A stretch of DNA of 33,467 bases from Candidatus Magasanikiibacteriota bacterium. Its GTDB lineage: Bacteria > Patescibacteriota > Patescibacteriia > Magasanikbacterales > GWA2-37-8. Below are positions 1 through 8,278 of the stretch, in pieces. The notes beneath the pieces are model-generated. The model was not told the DNA's origin. It saw only the letters and a list, made by a program, of their open reading frames with translations, and did not search any database. The stretch is from NCBI GenBank assembly GCA_023246725.1, contig JAHFHV010000005.1, positions 1-33,467 of the forward strand, in the 5' to 3' direction. The translations under genes and the position numbers were made by a program. Position 1 is the first letter of the stretch. Each line of letters begins with the position of its first letter.

Positions 1-2
1 CC

Positions 3-629
3 GGGTTCGTGACGCACGTGCTGCGCGCCCATTATTTAGAAAACAATAAAATTGACATCGCCAAAAAACTGTTTATTGTCTCACCTGCCAAAATGCTGCG
101 CTGGCTTATTACGCATCTGCGGCCAATTGAAAACATTGACGTTAAAACCTATGCGAACGATAAAAATAGCCTGCAAATTATCGGGCAGAGCGCCGGGTAT
201 GATTATAGCAAAGTAATGGCCGGAGATGTTATTATACTACTGGATAAAACCTTGCCGTTCCAATGTAATCACATTATGCTCGTGACGGATGTGAAACCAT
301 TTGTCATTCCGAATCCCCGCCCTCGGGGTGAGGAATCTCTGTCTCAACCACCAAACGACGGACAGAGATCCCTCGTCGCCGCGAGGCTCGCTCGGGATGA
401 CAGTGGAGAGAGCCAACGAGTGATGATCAATTACGCCCACTCCCGCGCCTGGGCTACCGAAGGTACATACGGCCATGGCGTGAGTGAAGGAAAAATTGAA
501 AGTACTGCTCCAGGAAAAAATGTACTCGCCCAAACCTGGACCGAACAAAATAAAACCGGTGAAGCAAACGAAACATACACAGAAGCCAAAACCGCGCGGG
601 TGATTGAAATACGGCGGCTCAAGGTCTAG
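3..629 (+). CDS. NlpC/P60-like hypothetical protein, 5'-truncated by the window edge; contains a 33-aa palindromic-element insertion
   Basis: Frame is open from the window start and reads (S)GFVTHVL, resembling the DCSGFV motif; later GDVIIL and HIML resemble the NlpC/P60 strand and His. The catalytic Cys would lie outside the window. Confidence 0.5.
   Translation, partial: GFVTHVLRAHYLENNKIDIAKKLFIVSPAKMLRWLITHLRPIENIDVKTYANDKNSLQIIGQSAGYDYSKVMAGDVIILLDKTLPFQCNHIMLVTDVKPFVIPNPRPRGEESLSQPPNDGQRSLVAARLARDDSGESQRVMINYAHSRAWATEGTYGHGVSEGKIESTAPGKNVLAQTWTEQNKTGEANETYTEAKTARVIEIRRLKV
302..402. repeat. TGTCAT...ATGACA palindromic element (MITE/RPE-like), in-frame in CDS
   Basis: Terminal IR TGTCATTCCGA/TCGGGATGACA and internal IR ATCTCTGTC/GACAGAGAT; the 99-nt core 303-401 translates VIPNPRPR...ARLARDD. 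Confidence 0.9.
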
Positions 630-730
630 TGTCATTGCGAGCGAAGCGAAGCAATCCCTTTGTTTTCAGAGCAGTACTGAATGCAGGGGGATCGCCACGC
701 CCCCCGCAGTGCGGGGGGCTCGCGATGACA
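630..730. repeat. TGTCAT...ATGACA palindromic element, intergenic
   Basis: TGTCATTGCGAGCGAAGCGAAGCAATC...GCTCGCGATGACA terminal IR directly after the TAG of the first gene. Confidence 0.9.
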
Positions 731-735
731 CGTTT

Positions 736-1857
736 ATGACCACAGAATCATTATTACTACTCAAACAATCGTTAAGCTTCTTAATTGGCGCCACGGCTTT
801 GGCATTTTTGTGGGCGCCGCTTTTGACCAAATTTTTGTATAAATATAAAATTACCCGCCGCGGCGATTATGATTTTACTTTACAAGGCGAAAAAAAACAC
901 AAAGCCGGCACGCCCATAATGGGTGGGCTCCTGGTGGTTGGCACCGTGGCGGTTATTACCGTGTTATTTAACTGGCAACGCCGCTATACCTACGTGCCCA
1001 TTGGCGTTATGGGGATTGCGGCAATGCTGGGCGGCGCGGATGACCTCCTAACTATCTTCGGCGGCACGCGGCGCCTGCGCAGTCTTAAGCATCGCCTTAA
1101 CCTAATTAAAGTGCATAACCAATGGCCCATGAAATTATGGCACGCGCTGGCGATTCCGTGGACAACCTTTCGCGAAGCAGTAAGTATTTTTGGTTCCAAA
1201 CAAGAGCGCGGCATCCAGGTGCACGAAAAATTAATTCTGCAATTTGTGGCTGGCGCCATTACCGCCTGGTGGATTTACGTAAAACTGGGCGAGAGTTGGC
1301 ACACCTTGTGGATTCCATTCCACGGGGTCATACCCATTGGTTGGTGGATTATCCCCATTATTATTTTCTTTGTAATGTTTACCGCCAACGCCGTTAACGT
1401 GGCCGATGGGCTGGATGGCCTGGCGGGCGGGTCTTTAATTAGCGCGTTCGCGGGGCTCACCATTTTGAGCTGGATTGAAGGTCGCACCGCGTTTATGCCC
1501 CTGAACGCCACGGTGGTGGGCGCGCTGATTGCCTACACGTACTTCAACATTAAGCCGGCGCGCTTTCAAATGGGCGACGTGGGCTCGCTTGGCCTTGGCG
1601 CGCTACTCGCTATTAACGCCATTGCGCTTAACCGCACGCTATTGTTATTATTTTTTGGATTTATTTTTTACGTGGAAATTTGTTCAGTAATTATTCAAGT
1701 GCTGTCGCGGCATTTGTTTGGAAAAAGAGTTTTTAAAATGTCTCCCCTGCACCACCATTTTGAGATTAAAGGGTGGAGTGAAGAAAAAATTGTCACGCGC
1801 TTTTGGCTTATTCAGGCGTTTGTGGTAACGGTGGGTATTTGGTTGGCACTAAACTAG
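736..1857 (+). CDS. mraY: Phospho-N-acetylmuramoyl-pentapeptide transferase
   Basis: KAGTPIMGG, GGADD, NAVNVADGLDGL, PARFQMGDVGSL, SPLHHHFE and WSEEKIV motifs. Start set at ATG 736 because the ORF-track extension from 604 is the repeat element. Confidence 0.95.
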   Translation: MTTESLLLLKQSLSFLIGATALAFLWAPLLTKFLYKYKITRRGDYDFTLQGEKKHKAGTPIMGGLLVVGTVAVITVLFNWQRRYTYVPIGVMGIAAMLGGADDLLTIFGGTRRLRSLKHRLNLIKVHNQWPMKLWHALAIPWTTFREAVSIFGSKQERGIQVHEKLILQFVAGAITAWWIYVKLGESWHTLWIPFHGVIPIGWWIIPIIIFFVMFTANAVNVADGLDGLAGGSLISAFAGLTILSWIEGRTAFMPLNATVVGALIAYTYFNIKPARFQMGDVGSLGLGALLAINAIALNRTLLLLFFGFIFYVEICSVIIQVLSRHLFGKRVFKMSPLHHHFEIKGWSEEKIVTRFWLIQAFVVTVGIWLALN

Positions 1858-1865
1858 AACATATT

Positions 1866-1943
1866 TGACAGATTGTGAGACGGATACAAACAAATATGAA
1901 CGATCACATCCGTAAAATCTGTCTTACAATCTGTAAAATCTGT
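1866..1943. repeat. Intergenic ACAGATT/AATCTGT inverted and tandem short repeat
   Basis: GACAGATT...CGGAT / ATCCG...AATCTGTC, with AATCTGT repeated three times; a similar element lies at 22946-23014. Confidence 0.6.
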
Positions 1944-1959
1944 TAACGCAAGGTTTGCT

Positions 1960-2805
1960 ATGCCATACCTAAAGTGGGACGAAAAAATTATTACTGACTT
2001 TTCCGATAGCAACATTAACTCCTTATACAACCAGGGTTATGTTTTTACCCGTCAAAAGAAAGGCTCGATGAACCAAACCCGGAGCTTGCGGATTGATTTA
2101 GAAAAATTTGAATTATCCAGCGAAAACCGCCGCGTGCTCCGCAAAACAGAAGAAGTAAAAATGGAAACCAGTCCACTCCCTCTAAAATCCCCTCCCCTCT
2201 TAGGGGAGGGGCCAGGGGCGGGGTATTATGATTGGACGATTGGAAAATTAGGCAAAGATTTTTATGACACCAAATTTGGAGACAAGACTCCTGCACCGCA
2301 CCGGAGCGGAGCGACTGGTGCAGTGTTTTCCGCAAATAAAATAAAAGAACTAATGACTGAAGTGGAGAAGAGTAATTTTAATGTGGTGTTGGTGTATAAA
2401 TTGACCAACGCCGTAGGGGACGCAGATCTGCGTCCCCTACACGATGACGATAACGTTGTAGGGGTTCAAAAATTTGAAACCCTACCGAGGGCGAATATCA
2501 ATTCGCCACTACACGAGACGATCGGCTATGTGATTTGCTACCAAAACCCCGCAGTCCTCCACTACTGTTACCCGTTCTACCGCCTTTCCCCTTTACCCTT
2601 TCCCCTTTCACCCAACACCGGCCTCGGCATGATGCTGAAAGCAATCGTTTGGGCAAAAGAAAATAACAAAAAATATTTTTACCTCGGCTCTTTCCAACGG
2701 CCGAGTGATACGTACAAATTACAGTTTGCGGGGCTGGAGTGGTGGGATGGAAAAGAGTGGAAAAATGATTTGGATGAATTAAAAAATATGCTCAAAAATT
2801 TATGA
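1960..2805 (+). CDS. Arginyl/leucyl-tRNA-protein transferase (ATE/Bpt)-like GNAT-fold protein with several repeat-derived insertions
   Basis: LYNQGYVFTR, RSLRIDLEKFELSSENRRVLRK and LGMMLKAIVWAKENNKKYFYLG..YK resemble ATE N- and C-terminal motifs. Confidence 0.65.
   Translation: MPYLKWDEKIITDFSDSNINSLYNQGYVFTRQKKGSMNQTRSLRIDLEKFELSSENRRVLRKTEEVKMETSPLPLKSPPLLGEGPGAGYYDWTIGKLGKDFYDTKFGDKTPAPHRSGATGAVFSANKIKELMTEVEKSNFNVVLVYKLTNAVGDADLRPLHDDDNVVGVQKFETLPRANINSPLHETIGYVICYQNPAVLHYCYPFYRLSPLPFPLSPNTGLGMMLKAIVWAKENNKKYFYLGSFQRPSDTYKLQFAGLEWWDGKEWKNDLDELKNMLKNL
2413..2512. repeat. Cluster of GTAG-family REP-like palindromes inside CDS
   Basis: Perfect 28-bp palindrome GTAGGGGACGCAGA|TCTGCGTCCCCTAC (2413-2440), near-perfect 28-bp GTAGGGGTTCAAAA|ATTTGAAACCCTAC (2458-2485), degenerate third copy (2487-2512). 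Confidence 0.85.
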
Positions 2806-3200
2806 ATAAAATAGTAAAATTTGGTTTAGTGATTAAACGTAATGATAAATTTTTAATAAATAGAAAATACGGAACAAAGCTTTTTTTAATGCCTGGCGGC
2901 AAACCCAAAGCAGATGAGTCTATCGAAAATTGTCTGATTCGTGAAATTAAAGAAGAACATAATGTTGATGTAATAGAAAAATCCTTACATTTTTTTGGAG
3001 AATTTGAAGATACCGCAGCAAATGAGCCCAACACTATTATTTCAATGGGTGTTTACACCGGAGAAATTATTGGCGAACCGAGTATCAATTCTGAAATTGA
3101 GGAACAAAGATGGTTTGGCAGAAACGATAACCACGATATTCTTTCGCCGATAATTAAGAACAAAATTTTACCGACACTTATTAGAAATAACATTATCTAA
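2802..3200 (+). CDS. NUDIX hydrolase
   Basis: Nudix box GGKPKADESIENCLIREIKEEHNV; ATGA overlap with the upstream gene. Confidence 0.9.
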   Translation: MNKIVKFGLVIKRNDKFLINRKYGTKLFLMPGGKPKADESIENCLIREIKEEHNVDVIEKSLHFFGEFEDTAANEPNTIISMGVYTGEIIGEPSINSEIEEQRWFGRNDNHDILSPIIKNKILPTLIRNNII

Positions 3201-3244
3201 AGATTCGTAATTCGTTCATAATTCGTAACTATTCGTTTAAATTT

Positions 3245-4792
3245 GTGCAAAACAAAAGAATACATTTTATCGGTATCTGCGGGGTCGCTATGAGCGCCTT
3301 GGCTTTGGCGTTTAAGCGTGAAGGCTCCGACGCTTCGGTCGGAGTAAATTGGGAAGTAACCGGAAGCGATGTAGGGTTTTATCCACCAGTCTCAACGCAT
3401 CTTAAAAATGCTGGCGTGGATTATTATGCTGGGTGGCATGTTGATAAAATGATTGCAAATGGCACCCCCGATCTCGTCGTTGTTGGCAATGTGGCCAGTT
3501 CCACTAACCCCGAATGGCTCTACGTGCAAAAAAATAAATTAAATTATAAATCCTACCCCGAAGTGATTGCCGAACATTTTATTAAACCAAATTCCATTGT
3601 CTGCGCCGGCACGTATGGCAAATCCACTTCCACCGCCATTTTAACCTGGGTATTAACCGAAGCCGGCTATGACCCGAGCTTTATGTTTGGTGGCATCGCG
3701 CAAAGCGGCATGCCCTCCGCCGCTATGTCTAATTCTAACTGGAGCGTAACCGAAGGCGATGAATACAAAGCCTCGCGCTGGGACAATGGCCCAAAATTTG
3801 CCTACTACTCCCCTACTCATTTACTTTTGACGTCCGTAGTGTGGGACCATGCCGATGTGTACCACACGGAAGAAGATTACATTGCCGCGTTTCAAAAATT
3901 AATTGATTTGGTGCCAACCACGGGCCTGCGCGTTGTTTCGGAAAAAGCCTTGCCGGTTTTAAATTTTAGTCCGGCCATTATGACCTCTACTGTTACGTAC
4001 GGCCGCGATCCATCAAATGACTATATGTACGGCGGGATCAATCAATCGACCAAAGGCATACAATTCACCATTACTCACAGAATAACTAATAACCAATATC
4101 TAATATCTTCATCGTGCCTGGGCGAATATATGGCGGACAACATAACTGGTTGTTTCGCGCTGGCGCACAAAATAGGCATTGCGCCGGAAAAAATTATTGC
4201 CGCGATTGCCAGTTTCCCGGGTATGAAACGGCGTTTAGAAAAGCGCTACCAAAATGGTGTGGTTATTTTTGATGACATCGCGCATTCGCCAAGCAAAGCC
4301 CGCGCGATTTTGCAGACGCTCCGAGAAGTATATGCGAGACCCCTCCATATTCCCTTTGCAAAACCACGAGACCCCTCCACTGTCCTCCCCTTAAAAGGGG
4401 AGGAGGCGATTCCTCCCCTCCTTTCAAGGAGGGGACGGGAGGAGTGGTCTGGCTTGCCCAAAATTTACGCCATTTTTGAACCCAACACCGGCAACCGCCG
4501 GCCGCAAGCTGCCAGCTGGTATGACGGGGCGTTTACATCAGCCGACGAAATGATTATTCCGCGCCTGACTAAAATTAAAATTGATGCCAAAGAAGAAGCG
4601 CCATTTGAAGGCGACCATCTGGCAAAAATAATCGGCAAGACGCAACCGCACACCACGTACATTCCTGACGACGAAAAATTAATTACCTACATACAACAAA
4701 AAATACAACCGGGTGATGTGGTTGTATTTATGGGAAGCCACGGGTTTAGGGGGATGATTGATCGGCTTGTTGCCGCAATGTCAAAATCCTAA
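3245..4792 (+). CDS. mpl: Mur ligase family protein, Mpl/MurC-like
   Basis: HFIGICGVAM, AGTYGKSTST P-loop, EGDEY, WDHAD, GMKRRLE, DDIAHSP, IFEP and GDVVVFMG motifs. Closer to the Mpl pattern than MurC, but the distinction is uncertain. Confidence 0.8.
   Translation: MQNKRIHFIGICGVAMSALALAFKREGSDASVGVNWEVTGSDVGFYPPVSTHLKNAGVDYYAGWHVDKMIANGTPDLVVVGNVASSTNPEWLYVQKNKLNYKSYPEVIAEHFIKPNSIVCAGTYGKSTSTAILTWVLTEAGYDPSFMFGGIAQSGMPSAAMSNSNWSVTEGDEYKASRWDNGPKFAYYSPTHLLLTSVVWDHADVYHTEEDYIAAFQKLIDLVPTTGLRVVSEKALPVLNFSPAIMTSTVTYGRDPSNDYMYGGINQSTKGIQFTITHRITNNQYLISSSCLGEYMADNITGCFALAHKIGIAPEKIIAAIASFPGMKRRLEKRYQNGVVIFDDIAHSPSKARAILQTLREVYARPLHIPFAKPRDPSTVLPLKGEEAIPPLLSRRGREEWSGLPKIYAIFEPNTGNRRPQAASWYDGAFTSADEMIIPRLTKIKIDAKEEAPFEGDHLAKIIGKTQPHTTYIPDDEKLITYIQQKIQPGDVVVFMGSHGFRGMIDRLVAAMSKS
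4369..4450. repeat. AGACC...GGTCT twin-hairpin (CCCTCC family) element, in-frame in mpl
   Basis: Hairpins TCCTCCCCTT-AA-AAGGGGAGGA and TCCCCTCCTT-TC-AAGGAGGGGA inside terminal AGACC/GGTCT. Confidence 0.85.
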
Positions 4793-4889
4793 TGCCAAAT
4801 GTCAAATCAAATCCAAAATCCCAATATCAAAATTCAAATTTTGAACTTTGAGCTTGGTTTGACATTTGAAATTTGTTATTTGATATTTC
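4777..4889. repeat. AT-rich heptamer-based inverted repeat element
   Basis: AATGTCAAAATCC...AAATGTCAAATC...TTTGAGCTTG.TTTGACATTTGAAATTTG; a close homolog lies at 32426-32532. Contains the mpl stop codon. Confidence 0.85.
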
Positions 4890-4893
4890 GAAA

Positions 4894-5058
4894 CTATTTC
4901 CCTTCATCCACAATTTCCGCCGCCACTTCGTCTCCGGTCGTATCGGTAATCTGAAGAGTAATGCCACACATGCCGCACTCCACCACGTCTTCTTCTTTAA
5001 GATCCGGGTGGCCAAGGAGCGAAACATCGTTTTTACATTCTGGACAAGTTAGGTGCAT
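4894..5058 (-). CDS. LysW-like zinc-ribbon small protein
   Basis: MHLTCPEC...EDVVECGMCGITLQI, acidic, 54 aa from ATG 5058; ends VDEGK rather than EDWGE. Confidence 0.7.
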   Translation of the reverse strand: MHLTCPECKNDVSLLGHPDLKEEDVVECGMCGITLQITDTTGDEVAAEIVDEGK

Positions 5059-5126
5059 AGGTATAGGATTAAAAGCAAAACTTTGCAAATACGATTATAC
5101 TCTATAACTGGATTCGTGGCAAGACT

Positions 5127-6119
5127 ATGAAAACCCCCCAACTCCCCCACCCTAAACTCGCCAAAGCCTTGAGTCTACCAGATGAACTGTGGCTCAAACG
5201 CGAAGACCTGCACCATTACGGCTCGCACAAGGGCCGGTCAATTCCCTTAATGATAAACGAATATCGCAAACAAGGCGTAACGAATTTTATTATTTCCTCC
5301 TCCGGCAACGCGGCCTTGGCGGCAATACTCGCCATACAAAAATGTAACCAAAACGCCAAGGGAGAACCGTTGAAGCTGACGGTGCTGGTGGGAGAAAAGA
5401 TTAATACAGAAAAATTTCAAATGATTGCGAAGAATCAAGAATCAGAAATTATGAATCAAGGAGTAGTTGTTGTTGAACAGTGTGCGCGGCCGAAACAAAC
5501 CGCGTTCCAAATGGAAAAAGAGGGGAAAGGGAACTCCGCAAATGCGGGCGGGGTAAAATGGCTGCGCCAATCCACCGATGATATGGCGCTGGTTGGCTAC
5601 CAAGAGCTGGCCGGTGAACTGACAAAAATTCCCAATCTCGCCGCGGTATTTATCCCCACCTCATCCGGAACAACCGCGCAAGGACTCTACGAAGGCTTCT
5701 CGGCTCTAGGTTTGAATCCAGAAATTCATATTGTGCAGACGGAAGAGTGTCATCCGATGGTCAATGTGTCGGCAACCACCCCTGACCCCTCCTTGGTAAG
5801 GAGGGGAGACGCGTTATCCCCTCCTTACCAAGGAGGGGTGGTCGCCTTCGGCGACCGGGGTGGTGGGAGCCTCGCCACCGCGATTGTGGATAAAATAGCG
5901 CATCGGAAAAATAAAATTCTGGAGATATTAAAAATCAGCCAGGGGGCGGGCTGGGTGGCCAGTAATCAAGAAATCAAAGAATCAATAAAACTCACCAAAG
6001 AAAAAACCGGAATTGAGATTTCGCCAAATAGCGCGCTCTCTGTTGTGGGCTTAACCCAAGCCATCGCGTCTGGAAAAAAATGGGACGGGGCGGTGGTGTG
6101 TTTGGTGACGGGGCGGTAA
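5127..6119 (+). CDS. PLP-dependent fold-type II enzyme (threonine synthase/dehydratase-like)
   Basis: KTP, LWLKREDLHHYGSHKGR (PLP lysine), SSSGNAA, IPTSSGTT and CLVTG motifs. Confidence 0.85.
   Translation: MKTPQLPHPKLAKALSLPDELWLKREDLHHYGSHKGRSIPLMINEYRKQGVTNFIISSSGNAALAAILAIQKCNQNAKGEPLKLTVLVGEKINTEKFQMIAKNQESEIMNQGVVVVEQCARPKQTAFQMEKEGKGNSANAGGVKWLRQSTDDMALVGYQELAGELTKIPNLAAVFIPTSSGTTAQGLYEGFSALGLNPEIHIVQTEECHPMVNVSATTPDPSLVRRGDALSPPYQGGVVAFGDRGGGSLATAIVDKIAHRKNKILEILKISQGAGWVASNQEIKESIKLTKEKTGIEISPNSALSVVGLTQAIASGKKWDGAVVCLVTGR
5775..5864. repeat. ACCACCCC...GGGGTGGT multi-hairpin element, in-frame (30 aa)
   Basis: Two 22-nt hairpins that are exact reverse complements of each other, plus GGTCGCC-TTCG-GCGACC, within an 8-bp terminal IR; exactly 90 nt. 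Confidence 0.9.
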
Positions 6120-6183
6120 TACGATACACGTATAACGATACAACTCGATTGTGTATCGTTTTATGTGTATCTTGTCTCGTGTT
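6118..6183. repeat. CGATACA/TGTATCG intergenic inverted repeat between convergent genes
   Basis: The reverse complement of the right arm, ACACGAGACAAGATACACATAAAACGATACA, matches 23218-23248 with 3 mismatches. Confidence 0.75.
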
Positions 6184-8190
6184 TTAGTTCGCGCTCATCA
6201 CCACAATCTCATCTTTGCCTTCAAAATTTACATCCGCCGCACCTAAGCTAAACGTTTGCTTGCCAAAAAATCCCTTAAGCGGAAATTGGTTTTTTAATTT
6301 ACCGGCAAGCGTAAATAATTTAACTGCTGGCGCGGAGCTGGCTGTTGGCACGGCGGCTACTTCAACTACACTGTCCCCATTAAAATCTCCGGCCGCGACG
6401 CTCACAGGAACGCGGAGCGTACCAAACGGAAACCACCGTTTGGTTATTTTAGTTAATTGAGAATTATACACAAATATCTCCGAACGCGCGCCAGAACCGG
6501 TGCCCACCACCGCGGCGGCTTCTTTACCAGGCGCTTCGGCAATGGCCACCGAGAAACCGCCGGCATATTTAATGCCTAATGGGTACACGGCCTGTTTTAA
6601 AATACTACCGCGATAATCGTAGAGCATAATATGGTTGCCTTTGGAGGGGGCCACCAGGAGCTGGGCCGCCGTAACGCCTAAAAGACGACCGGCCGCCAGG
6701 TTAATGGCGCCGGTAAAACCCTTCCCAAAGGGATAATCGCTAAACAGGAGCGTGCCCTGGCCGCTAAAAATTTCCAGTTTGTTTTTGGTTGCCACCACTT
6801 TTTCTTCCCGGCCGTCGCCGTCTAAATCCGCGTTATATATCTTGACGCCGCCCGGCTGTCCGTCTTCAAAAATAAAAAATCCGTTACGCGCGCGTTTGCC
6901 GTCCGGCTTATAAAACCGCGCGAACGTGCCGTTATTAAACCATACATCCGGAACGGTCTTAAACGTTTTAAACATTAAGAGGCCGTCATGCGGCTGGAGT
7001 ACCACCTGGCTCGTAATACTGCCATCATTTACTTTCGTGTCCTGCGTGCCAATAATTTTTTCGTATTCGCCGCCCAAGTCAACCGTTTGTTTTTGGTCGG
7101 TAGAATTAACCAGCGCCACGCCGTGGGTAAAATCCCGTCGCCACACATCATCCTGATACAGCGGACGGGCATTGGCAGATTGCGGCGGGCCAACCGGGTC
7201 GCCGAGTTTTACGCCGTACTCATCATACCACCATTTTTGGCCGTGATCCTGGTCGCCGTAATCAAACGCGTAATACCCTTTGCCAAGAAGCGCGCTCGCC
7301 AGCCCAAAACGCATGGAGGCATAATTATCGCGCCGACCGGAATTAAGGGTGGTACGGTTAATAATCATAAGGCGGGGCGTGGGGCTCCCGTCCTCAAAAA
7401 ATTTATAAATATTCATGGTGCCGCTCCAGCCGCCGGAGTTGGGAAAATTTTCTAGCATGAGTCCATTCAATTCATCGCGGTATACTTTACTGCCACCGTT
7501 GCCCACAATACTATAGCGATTATTCGTCAACCGGCGCGTTTCATTGTATAAAAATTTCATGCCCGCCCGCCAATGGTCGTCAATATTTTGGTCGGCTGTG
7601 CCATCACCATCTAAATCAACATTAGCTCCGCTAAACCAGGTAATGCCGTCAAACGCGTTGTCATAAAACACCCCGTCCCAAAGGCCTGTTCCCAAAAGTT
7701 CCGTGGCGGTAAAACGCGCCAGCACGGCGTTAAAGCGGTCGCCGCTCACCACCGGGCTATTGTCCGCCACGTTAAGAAGCGTGGTGCCGGGCCAGAACGA
7801 AACCTTTTCGCCGTCCGGGCGGCTTACGTACCACTCCTTCGCGATCTGGCTCGCCAATTTGCGCCGCAGAATGCTGCCGCCATACGCCGCATCATTGCGT
7901 ATTTCTTCCGAGGTAATATACACGAGTAAAATAATATTTTGATTTAACTGGCGAAGTTTCTCAAGCTGCGGGCGGCTGGTAATTTGCGTTTCCATGTCTA
8001 ATACCAGCACATCCCATTTGGCAAGCTCCACCACTTCGCTTTCAGTTATATTCCCATGCAGATAATAATTGGCCAGCCGCGGGAAATTATCCTCGGCGTT
8101 TCCGCGGGATGAAAATGGCGAAGCAAAGGCAAAAATAAAGAGCCCAAGGAAGATCGCGGTAATAATGCGGTAGGTTCGAGCTGACATCAT
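6184..8190 (-). CDS. Secreted putative glycoside hydrolase (TIM-barrel-like) with C-terminal FG-GAP-like repeats
   Basis: N-terminal signal/TM; LAKWDVLVLD, WDGVFYDN, GLMLENF, WWYDEY and VWRRDFTHGVALVN; ADLDGDGREE, AAGDFNGD and DVNFEGKDEIV repeats. Confidence 0.7.
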   Translation of the reverse strand: MMSARTYRIITAIFLGLFIFAFASPFSSRGNAEDNFPRLANYYLHGNITESEVVELAKWDVLVLDMETQITSRPQLEKLRQLNQNIILLVYITSEEIRNDAAYGGSILRRKLASQIAKEWYVSRPDGEKVSFWPGTTLLNVADNSPVVSGDRFNAVLARFTATELLGTGLWDGVFYDNAFDGITWFSGANVDLDGDGTADQNIDDHWRAGMKFLYNETRRLTNNRYSIVGNGGSKVYRDELNGLMLENFPNSGGWSGTMNIYKFFEDGSPTPRLMIINRTTLNSGRRDNYASMRFGLASALLGKGYYAFDYGDQDHGQKWWYDEYGVKLGDPVGPPQSANARPLYQDDVWRRDFTHGVALVNSTDQKQTVDLGGEYEKIIGTQDTKVNDGSITSQVVLQPHDGLLMFKTFKTVPDVWFNNGTFARFYKPDGKRARNGFFIFEDGQPGGVKIYNADLDGDGREEKVVATKNKLEIFSGQGTLLFSDYPFGKGFTGAINLAAGRLLGVTAAQLLVAPSKGNHIMLYDYRGSILKQAVYPLGIKYAGGFSVAIAEAPGKEAAAVVGTGSGARSEIFVYNSQLTKITKRWFPFGTLRVPVSVAAGDFNGDSVVEVAAVPTASSAPAVKLFTLAGKLKNQFPLKGFFGKQTFSLGAADVNFEGKDEIVVMSAN

Positions 8191-8200
8191 AAAACATATT

Positions 8201-8278
8201 TGTCATTCTGAGCGTAGCGAAGAATCTGTTTGGTTACAAGGCGAGCGAACCAGATCCTTCGTTTCACTCAGGATGACA
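8201..8278. repeat. TGTCAT...ATGACA palindromic element overlapping a glycosyltransferase 3' end
   Basis: TGTCATTCTGAGCGTAGCGAAGAATCTG...CAGATCCTTCGTTTCACTCAGGATGACA. Confidence 0.9.

Noticed and set aside
604-735. 44-aa N-terminal extension of MraY in the ORF track
   Set aside because: Mostly translation of a palindromic element from a TTG overlapping the upstream gene; ATG 736 is more plausible.
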